Source: a virus
DNA length: 64,000 nucleotides
Strand: one strand, 5' to 3'
IMG/VR virus record: IMGVR_UViG_3300019487_000030
Below, one piece after another: positions 1 to 7,100 of this stretch (its first letter is position 1; the number at the start of each line of letters is the position of its first letter). Made by a program: the position numbers and the translations under genes. The notes beneath the pieces were generated by a model that had not been told where the DNA came from, searched no databases, and worked only from the letters and a program-made list of their open reading frames with translations.

Positions 1-2
1 TT

Positions 3-203
3 CTACCGATTCACGTTGGTCGCGTTGTTGACGGCCGCCTGGAGATCACGCGCCGCTACGGTCACGCGCTTGCCGTTGACGTGCAGTACGACGAGCGAAT
101 CACGGTTCCAGTGCGACGCCACTGTCATTGTCGGCATCGGGATGCCACCGGTCGCTTGACCGTCAACCTCGTAGATCGTCACCTCGTTGGACACCTTGAT
201 CAC
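3..203 (-). CDS. hypothetical protein (66 aa)
   Basis: GTG start overlaps the thyX stop (GTGA); TAG at 3-5. Confidence 0.7.
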   Translation of the reverse strand: MIKVSNEVTIYEVDGQATGGIPMPTMTVASHWNRDSLVVLHVNGKRVTVAARDLQAAVNNATNVNR

Positions 204-1594
204 GCTTTCTTCTCCGTGATGGTCTGCTCGCCGCGACGCACGCTCCAGTCGTCCGGGTCCATGTCTGCGTGCAGTGCGACCTCGGGGTACTCGTGCTTGA
301 ACTTCTTGACCATCGCGTGGATGACACGGCGTAGGCTCGGGTGCACCGTTTTGCCCGAGCGCAGCTCCAGAACGTAGAGCAGCGCCGGCAGCGCATACGT
401 GACTGTGCACGGCACGCGGAAGCCGAGTGCGTTGTAGTACTGGCGCTTCACTTCGCGATCGGACTCACCGAAGCCGAGCTTGGAGATCTCGAAGCGCTGT
501 TCGTCGATCAGCGTGTCCGCTTCCTTGCCCAGCTCGCCGAGCTGTTCGAGGTACCACGGCTCGAACCCCCAGCTCGTATCGAGCAGCGGCATGCGGCACA
601 CACCGTTGCGATGGCGCTGGATGTCGCGGAACGAGCCGAAGTCGAGCAGGAAGTCGAACGTGAACGACGCGAGGTCGCTCATGAAGTGCGGCAGCACGCA
701 GCCGCGCGGGCGCGTCTTGAGAATCTCACGGTAGCGTGTGCCCTCTTCGGTGAGCATCGACGGCGGGTAGCCGGGACGGCCCCACGACGGCGTCATGCGA
801 CAGATCGCGTCGGGACCGGTGAGTGCGTGATGGTAGCGGCGGTCGACCGAGTACGTGAAGTCCTTCGCGACCAGGTACTCCCACTCCTCGCGGGCCTTGC
901 GCGCGGTCTCGTCCTTGTTGTCGACGCCGCTGACCGTCGCGAGCGAACGCGCGAAACCGCTCGACGGGTAGCGCTCGGCGAGCAGCACGCGGAGCTTGTC
1001 GACGATCTGCGTGATCTCGGCGACCGGATGCTGTTCGAGACCGGTCAGGTGATCACCACCCTGGCGTAGGTTCGTGTGCCACGAGAGCTGCGTCGTAATG
1101 CCCGCCGGCAGGAAGCCGCGCAGGATGTCGAACGTGCGCGCCTTGATCGCACCGTCGTACGCCGTCTGCTTCTCGGTCTCGCGCTTGGGGTACCTCGCGC
1201 GCAGGATCTCACCGACGGCATCTTGCTTGTTGATGTAGAACGCCATCCAGCGGTCGAGCACGGCCTTCGACTCGTGCGTGTCGAACGGATCGATGATGGG
1301 TTGCTTGCCCATGTCGATGTAGCGCGTGCTCGTCTCTTGCCCGCTGTAGAGCGGCCAGTCCTGGATCGCTTTCGCGGCAAGCAAGCTCACGCCCTCGATG
1401 AACATCGTGGTCGAGCCGCAGTCGGCGATGCTCTTGTGCGAGTACCCAACGTAGAACTTCTCCATGAATTTGCTCGATCCAGTCGCTTTGACCTTTTCGA
1501 GATGAACGTCCACAGATTCAGGGCTGCGCGAATACAGAGCCTGAAGCATCGCCACATCCTCGGGGCCTAGATCGTCGATGACACGAAGTTTCAC
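200..1594 (-). CDS. thyX: FAD-dependent thymidylate synthase ThyX (tandem-domain type)
   Basis: GYSHKSIAD, QETSTRY and RDIQRHR motifs; GTG start at 1594 with GGAG upstream, overlapping the HNH stop. Confidence 0.88.
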   Translation of the reverse strand: MKLRVIDDLGPEDVAMLQALYSRSPESVDVHLEKVKATGSSKFMEKFYVGYSHKSIADCGSTTMFIEGVSLLAAKAIQDWPLYSGQETSTRYIDMGKQPIIDPFDTHESKAVLDRWMAFYINKQDAVGEILRARYPKRETEKQTAYDGAIKARTFDILRGFLPAGITTQLSWHTNLRQGGDHLTGLEQHPVAEITQIVDKLRVLLAERYPSSGFARSLATVSGVDNKDETARKAREEWEYLVAKDFTYSVDRRYHHALTGPDAICRMTPSWGRPGYPPSMLTEEGTRYREILKTRPRGCVLPHFMSDLASFTFDFLLDFGSFRDIQRHRNGVCRMPLLDTSWGFEPWYLEQLGELGKEADTLIDEQRFEISKLGFGESDREVKRQYYNALGFRVPCTVTYALPALLYVLELRSGKTVHPSLRRVIHAMVKKFKHEYPEVALHADMDPDDWSVRRGEQTITEKKA

Positions 1595-2283
1595 GTCGGG
1601 TTCTCCACGCACCGCCATGTGGTGCCATTGCTAATGAATCGGATCGTTGACTCGGAAACTGTGAAACGACGCGCAAGCTCGGCTTTTGAGACACCGTCGG
1701 CTAACGCGACGCGAATTTGCTGGACGGCGCCCTCGGTCAACTTCGCACGACCGTTGAGCGTCCCACGACGCGGTGACTTGTAGACACCGTTCGCGGCACC
1801 ACGTGCAGCGCGCTCGGGGTGCTTACGCAAGCCGTGTGCATCGCCACGTGCAAGACGTTCCGGGCGCTGCCGTGCCCAGTGGTCATCGCCGCGTGGACGT
1901 GCTTCTGGACACGTGCGTGAGCCACTACGATCTCCTGTCGGGCCGCGATCCTTCAGGTACATGTCCATGACGTTGTCAGCCATCGACCCTAGAAGGAGAT
2001 GGTCAGGGTTGCAGCATGGTGGGTTGTCGCAACGGTGAAGGACGCAGCCACCGTGATAGCCGCCGAGGTCGGTGACGATGTTGGCGTGTTCCATCATCCA
2101 CGCGATGCGGTGCGCATAGAGCTGCACGCCGTCGACCTTGAACAGGCCGTAACCATCCTTGTGTCGTGCGGCCGTCCACGACCAACAGACGTCGGCTGGA
2201 CCGATCGTGACCTTGTCCCAGAACCGGCGTTGCACACCGGGATCGAAGAGGCGCCGCAATAGGATTTCTTCTTCGAGAGTCAC
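1591..2283 (-). CDS. HNH homing endonuclease
   Basis: CWSWT...YAHRIAW...VLHRCDNPPCCNPDHL...DN; C-terminal KLT-HTH. Confidence 0.9.
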   Translation of the reverse strand: MTLEEEILLRRLFDPGVQRRFWDKVTIGPADVCWSWTAARHKDGYGLFKVDGVQLYAHRIAWMMEHANIVTDLGGYHGGCVLHRCDNPPCCNPDHLLLGSMADNVMDMYLKDRGPTGDRSGSRTCPEARPRGDDHWARQRPERLARGDAHGLRKHPERAARGAANGVYKSPRRGTLNGRAKLTEGAVQQIRVALADGVSKAELARRFTVSESTIRFISNGTTWRCVENPT

Positions 2284-2295
2284 TTGAGTCCGGTC

Positions 2296-2745
2296 CTAGT
2301 TGGGGCGCGCTTTGAGCGCGTTGCGAGTTGACGTGTACGTTTGGAGGTAATGTTTGACGCGTCGGTGATCACGCCGATATGGGTAGATCGCGAGCAATCC
2401 ATCGATTCGCGCCCTTCGACGTGCACCCATGCGCGACTTGATCACTCGCATGAGCTGCCGTGCGTGATCATTGAAGATGTACCAACGGTACTGCACGCTG
2501 TGAACGTCCCGTGCTGGACGCGTGTAACGAACAGATCCAGTCCCGACGATCGCCTGAACGCGCAGTACTACATCGAGGTCCGTCATATTAACACTCACGC
2601 GAACGTTGAGCCCGTTCCGCACCTTGTTGTGTGTGAAACAACCTTCTCCTTCAAGCAGTCCGACCAGCCAATTCAAATCAGCCGCTTTGATGCGTCGAAC
2701 GTGGTTGCCGGGCGACAGTGACACAAGTGTGGTTGATATCGTCAC
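2296..2745 (-). CDS. LAGLIDADG homing endonuclease (single motif)
   Basis: WLVGLLEGEGCF and MTDLDV motifs. Confidence 0.85.
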   Translation of the reverse strand: MTISTTLVSLSPGNHVRRIKAADLNWLVGLLEGEGCFTHNKVRNGLNVRVSVNMTDLDVVLRVQAIVGTGSVRYTRPARDVHSVQYRWYIFNDHARQLMRVIKSRMGARRRARIDGLLAIYPYRRDHRRVKHYLQTYTSTRNALKARPN

Positions 2746-2747
2746 GG

Positions 2748-2894
2748 CTACTCGACGGGCTGCATGAACTTGCCCGAGCCGGACTGTTTCACCTTCTCCA
2801 GATGCACGTCGACACTCTCGGCCGAGCGCGAGTAGAGCGCCTGCAGCATGGCGACGTCTTCGGGGGTCAGGTCATCAACGATGCGTAGCTTCAC
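2748..2894 (-). pseudogene. thyX: truncated original thyX 5' end (48 codons)
   Basis: AGGGAG RBS + GTG; MKLRIVDDLTPEDVAMLQALYSRS...KFM matches the ThyX N-terminus, then QPVE-stop. Confidence 0.85.
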
Positions 2895-2905
2895 GGTGTC
2901 TCTCC

Positions 2906-3235
2906 CTAGATGTTGCCGATCAATACGAGGATCGGCCGCTTGACTTCGTCGTACGTCACCTTCGCGGCCCACGGCTGTGCTCGGTGGTACCAGCGCCCGG
3001 TGCCGTCCCAGTCTTCGTTGCACCACGCCTTGAGGCGTTCCTTGCGGCCGATCATGTCGGCCTTGATCTTCGTGTAGTCGTCGGCGTGCTTGACGGGATC
3101 GAACACGTACCAACACACGTGCGAGAACTCGCTCGGTGGGCCTTCCCAGTTCTTGGGCACGAAGCGGTACTCCATGACGCCCTTCACGTCACTGAGCTTC
3201 GTCACCCGTCCTGTCTTCTCCGTCGCTGCTGTCAC
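2906..3235 (-). CDS. hypothetical protein
   Basis: ORF with GAGGAG RBS and genome-typical codons. Confidence 0.7.
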   Translation of the reverse strand: MTAATEKTGRVTKLSDVKGVMEYRFVPKNWEGPPSEFSHVCWYVFDPVKHADDYTKIKADMIGRKERLKAWCNEDWDGTGRWYHRAQPWAAKVTYDEVKRPILVLIGNI

Positions 3236-3320
3236 GCTCAACTCCTCGATGCCTGCGCGCTCGTCGCGCCCCTACGCAGGCTTGCTAGTAGCTTGCTAGT
3301 TACTTCTTAGATCGCATGCT

Positions 3321-3524
3321 CTACCCAAGCAGCTCGGCACCGGTCAACTTCACCGGACCGCCGTTGAGCTTGATGATCTGATCGGCGACGCGCTTCTGCT
3401 GCTTGCGGATGCCCGCAGCCGTGCCGAGGTCACCGTGCGTGCGCGCGATGTTGAACGCACGCGACAACGCCGCTGATGCTTGGTTCAGTTCTTTGGTGAG
3501 CATCGCCTTGTGCACGGGCGTCAT
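3321..3524 (-). CDS. hypothetical protein
   Basis: GAGGAG RBS, ATG at 3524. Confidence 0.7.
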   Translation of the reverse strand: MTPVHKAMLTKELNQASAALSRAFNIARTHGDLGTAAGIRKQQKRVADQIIKLNGGPVKLTGAELLG

Positions 3525-3526
3525 GA

Positions 3527-3793
3527 TCAGCTCCTCGACGGCCAAGAGCAGCCGGGTGTGGAAGGGTTCGCTGGATTGTACGGGCGCACGAACATCTGAT
3601 TCTGCGCGGGCGGTCGGTACGGATTGGACGCGAAGTCGTTCGGCTCAAAGAACACGAACAGATTGACGACGTCGTCGCTCGCACCGATAGACGTCACCAT
3701 CGCGGGCCGCAACAGATGCACGAGTTTGTGATCATCGCCCATGATCGAGAAGTGGTAGAGCACGATGCGACACGGCGTGGGGTTTGGAATCAC
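3527..3793 (-). CDS. small phage protein (PTPCRIV...RPAMVT...VNLFVF type)
   Basis: overlapping ORF resembling a common small phage beta-protein family. Confidence 0.65.
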   Translation of the reverse strand: MIPNPTPCRIVLYHFSIMGDDHKLVHLLRPAMVTSIGASDDVVNLFVFFEPNDFASNPYRPPAQNQMFVRPYNPANPSTPGCSWPSRS

Positions 3794-4326
3794 GCGAGCC
3801 TTCTCCAGCCGTGGTAGTTCGACGAGTTGCCATACAGAGTCTGGTCAAGCCCCGGCCGTTTCAATCCGCGCTGCCGCGTCCACTCAGCGAGATTGATCGT
3901 GGTCTCGATCCGTCCCGACTTGACGTGCTGCAACTTGAAAACGTAGTTGCGCACCGACTCGAACCCTCTGAGCAGTGCACGGATCTTCGTCGCGCGCCGT
4001 TGTCCCATCTCGGGTTCGATCTGCTTCATGAGATCGTAGGCCGACGCTCCGATGATCGCGACTGTATACATCGGTTTGTTGTTTCGGTTCGCGTACGGTC
4101 CACGAACCGTACCGGCGCCGACGATTCGGCAAAGGCGTTGCAGCACGTCACGGTCAGTCATCGAACACGTGATACGGATGTTCCGCAGTGACGCTTTCTT
4201 AGAACGATTCGTTCGATCGAAACTGCCTTCGCCTTCAAGCAACCCTGCGACCCAGCCCAACTCACGTTCTGTGAGTCGTCGGACGGTGCTTGGTGTCAGC
4301 TTGCTGCCATTGCGGATCACGGTCAT
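3790..4326 (-). CDS. LAGLIDADG homing endonuclease with C-terminal extension
   Basis: WVAGLLEGEGSF and MTDRDV; clearly similar to 2296-2745. Confidence 0.85.
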   Translation of the reverse strand: MTVIRNGSKLTPSTVRRLTERELGWVAGLLEGEGSFDRTNRSKKASLRNIRITCSMTDRDVLQRLCRIVGAGTVRGPYANRNNKPMYTVAIIGASAYDLMKQIEPEMGQRRATKIRALLRGFESVRNYVFKLQHVKSGRIETTINLAEWTRQRGLKRPGLDQTLYGNSSNYHGWRRLA

Positions 4327-4610
4327 GGTTGCGTCTCCAGCCACTCGACGATGATCATCCCGTGACAGGGCATGGGGGCACACCAGCAGCCCAACCTGAG
4401 ACCTTTGAGCGCCAGGACGCGACGACGAAACTCAGGGTCCATCTCGATGCGGCGCAGGAAATATTCCTTGTACTTCTGCAGCACGACTTGCCGATCTCCA
4501 TCTTTGCCGAGATGGAACGGGTTGCCGAACGACGACGAGCGATCGATCGCAACGTCGTAGTTGCTGGTCGTCCGCATGTTGACGACGACCGTGTCGACGA
4601 TGGTCGCCAC
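4323..4610 (-). CDS. DUF4326-like protein
   Basis: RSSSFGNPF...LKGLRLGCWCAPMPCHG signature. Confidence 0.85.
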   Translation of the reverse strand: MATIVDTVVVNMRTTSNYDVAIDRSSSFGNPFHLGKDGDRQVVLQKYKEYFLRRIEMDPEFRRRVLALKGLRLGCWCAPMPCHGMIIVEWLETQP

Positions 4611-4613
4611 GGA

Positions 4614-4898
4614 CTACGCCGCCGTCGGACGGTTCTTGATCGATTCGTGGTACGCGGCGACGAGCTGCTTGGCGTGCTGCACCTGGTGTGGTCCGGGACC
4701 GACGACGCCGACGTAGTTGTCAGCCTGCGTTGCGTCGCAGACGTCGCCGCCGAGCGCGCACATCGGATGCACTTCAGCAGACTGGTGCGGCGCTTCATGC
4801 AGCAACCAACACGCGATGGGCTCGACGGAAAAACCGTCACCGTCGATCTGATGGAACACTGCTACCCAGCCTGGCTGACACGCGATCAAATTGCTCAT
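4614..4898 (-). CDS. hypothetical protein
   Basis: ORF in operon context. Confidence 0.65.
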   Translation of the reverse strand: MSNLIACQPGWVAVFHQIDGDGFSVEPIACWLLHEAPHQSAEVHPMCALGGDVCDATQADNYVGVVGPGPHQVQHAKQLVAAYHESIKNRPTAA

Positions 4899-4931
4899 GG
4901 AACCGCTACCCCTAGGTGAAACGTCTGGTCA

Positions 4932-6635
4932 CTATGTGCGCCGGAACGTGTACAGCATGACGTCGCCCGCTCCGGTTTGTCGGGTGACGTCGAAGTGCCG
5001 ACCGAGAGCGCCACCTGCTTCACGGAACCGCGCGGCGAGTCCCTTCGGTGATTTGAAGAACGTCTGGTTGCCGGTCACCTTCGCAATCATCGCTAGCTCA
5101 CGATGAAGGTCGGCGATCCGCATCTCACGACCTTGGTTCGATGTAACGTCGAGCCACTTGTCGAGCAGCTCGATCAACTGGTCGCCTTCGCCGATCACGA
5201 GCGCGTCACGCTCGGCCTGCATGGCTGCCAGCATCTCGTCGATGGCTTCGGGGCTCCAGTCGCCCGGAGGTCCCGCCGGCTGATTCAGTACGCGACCGAT
5301 CACGTGCGCGACGCGTGCGAAGTCGGCCATACGATACGGCGACGTCATCATCGGCTGCGGACGGCGCAGCTCGCGCACGATCTCGTTGAGCCAGTACAGC
5401 CACTCGCCTTGAAGCTGTGGTCGCCAGCTCTGTGCGCGTTCGAGGAGCTGATCGGCCGAGCCGAAGTTGTCGGCGCGCCGGTCGAGCTTGATGATCAGGC
5501 ACCGATCAGCGAGCTGGCCTTGGCGGAACGTCGTCGGGTTGTTGCTCGTGATCTGCAGGAAGCTCTGCGGCCGGATCACGTGCTCGGTGTCGTCGGTAAA
5601 CAGCTTGCGCTTGGACCACGTGCCGCCGGTCGCGTACGAGCACAGCGTGTCCTGCAGCCACTCGATGTGCGTGTTGACGTCGTCGATGATCGCGAGCGGC
5701 GAGCGCAGGATCTTCACGCCGAAGTCGGGATCCTCCTTCTTCGAGATCGTGAGCGGCAGGCTCTTGCCGTGCAGGATCATCGCGATGCGCTGTAGCGCGA
5801 ACGTCTTGCCCGAGCCGGGATCACCCTCGACCAGCAAGAGCGGCTTGGTCGGCATGAGATCCGGGAACGCCACCGCGAACAGCCAGATCCCAAGGCACGT
5901 CTTCTGCGTCGCAGGTGACATGCTGCCCGCTGTCGTCGGCACGTAGTTGAGATCGTCGATGAGCTGCTTCATCAGCTCGTGGTGGTTGCCGACAATCGGT
6001 CCGTCATCTGGTGGCGCGTCGCAGTTGAAGCCGCCATCGTCGTCGAGGAACACCGCCGAGCCGTAGCCGTTGTTGCGGATCTTCACCTCGTCGCCGTCGA
6101 CCTCATAGCAGGTACCGTCGTAGCGCGAGATGTAGAGCGTCTGGCGGTTCCGATCCCAGTACGAGAACCGGCGCACGTCGCGCAGGTTGCCGGTCGCGAT
6201 CGTTGCGTTTTGCAGCGCCGACATCACGTGGCGTGTGAGCTGCTCGCTGGAGTTGAGTCCGTACGCGAGCTGCATGTAGCCGCGGAACTCGGCGTCCTTC
6301 TCGTCGATGCGGTACAGCTTGCACGCCCGGCCGTCGAACAGGTACGCGCGCTTGTCGGTCGTCTTCAAGAACGCACCGTGCGGCGTCTTCCGGTTCTCGT
6401 GCGTCGTGATGAAGTTGAACAGGATCCTGCGCTTCTGATCCTCGTTGTACTTCTTGTGGTAGCGGATCGCCCAGACCTGTTGGCGCGTCCACGTATGCGG
6501 ATCGCTGCTGGGACTTCCACCACCGCCGCCACTGCCACCGCTCGACGTCGATCCGGACGAGCTAGTGCTCGCGCTTGCTGCCGCGTTCGCGCTCGTCCCG
6601 GGGAACGGGATGATGTTGTTGTTGCCGCCGGCCAT
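4932..6635 (-). CDS. P-loop NTPase, probable replicative helicase (primase-helicase C-terminal-like)
   Basis: Walker A GDPGSGKT, Walker B AIIDD, DRC arginine-finger-like motif; Ser/Gly-rich N-terminal linker; wHTH-like C-terminus. Confidence 0.7.
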   Translation of the reverse strand: MAGGNNNIIPFPGTSANAAASASTSSSGSTSSGGSGGGGGSPSSDPHTWTRQQVWAIRYHKKYNEDQKRRILFNFITTHENRKTPHGAFLKTTDKRAYLFDGRACKLYRIDEKDAEFRGYMQLAYGLNSSEQLTRHVMSALQNATIATGNLRDVRRFSYWDRNRQTLYISRYDGTCYEVDGDEVKIRNNGYGSAVFLDDDGGFNCDAPPDDGPIVGNHHELMKQLIDDLNYVPTTAGSMSPATQKTCLGIWLFAVAFPDLMPTKPLLLVEGDPGSGKTFALQRIAMILHGKSLPLTISKKEDPDFGVKILRSPLAIIDDVNTHIEWLQDTLCSYATGGTWSKRKLFTDDTEHVIRPQSFLQITSNNPTTFRQGQLADRCLIIKLDRRADNFGSADQLLERAQSWRPQLQGEWLYWLNEIVRELRRPQPMMTSPYRMADFARVAHVIGRVLNQPAGPPGDWSPEAIDEMLAAMQAERDALVIGEGDQLIELLDKWLDVTSNQGREMRIADLHRELAMIAKVTGNQTFFKSPKGLAARFREAGGALGRHFDVTRQTGAGDVMLYTFRRT

Positions 6636-6637
6636 CC

Positions 6638-6844
6638 TTAGCCTGCGGCCAACTGACGGCGCTTGTGCGCCAGTGTGTCGATGTTCGCCTTCATGAAGAC
6701 GGTGCGACCCAGCACGCGCTTCGGCGTCAACGTGCCGGCCTTGACCCACCGCCACAACGTGGCGATCGAAATGTCAAGCGCCGCCGCCGTCTGCTCGGGG
6801 GTCATGATGTCAGCGATGCGTTTCGTGCGACTCACTGTGCTCAT
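6638..6844 (-). CDS. small helix-turn-helix DNA-binding protein (MerR/excisionase-like)
   Basis: MTPEQTAAALDISIATLWRWVKAGTL. Confidence 0.85.
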   Translation of the reverse strand: MSTVSRTKRIADIMTPEQTAAALDISIATLWRWVKAGTLTPKRVLGRTVFMKANIDTLAHKRRQLAAG

Positions 6845-7100
6845 AATTCTCACCGAGCGTGAGAGCCCGAAGTACATGACCCAAACGCGCACGTCAAGAG
6901 CACGGAAGTTATGCACAGGGATCTCTCGCCGAGATCACGTGATCGATCGCGAAGATCAACTCGATCAATTCACAGCCTGCGGATCCGGAGCAGATCTCGA
7001 TGGGTAGTTTTGCGTACGTCGGCGTGACATCGGCGCTCGATCCGACTTGACAGTTTCGGAGGCGCCGCCTAGCGTGCGACTTCGAGCTAGGGGCTGAAAA

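Larger units (their letters stand above)
1463..2762 (-). mobile_element. 1300-bp homing-endonuclease cassette (LAGLIDADG + HNH + recoded thyX 5' end) inserted in thyX
   Basis: 132-bp segments 2763-2894 and 1463-1594 encode 44-aa peptides 37/44 identical and flank two endonuclease genes. Confidence 0.8.

Noticed and set aside
1463-2894. Group I intron in thyX
   Set aside because: The 5' coding segment is duplicated with its own RBS and start, and the insert is almost fully coding, leaving no room for an intron core.
3254-3301. GCCTGCG/CGCAGGC hairpin and GCTTGCTAGT direct repeat
   Set aside because: It is short and single-locus, most simply a terminator-like element, and has too little support for more.
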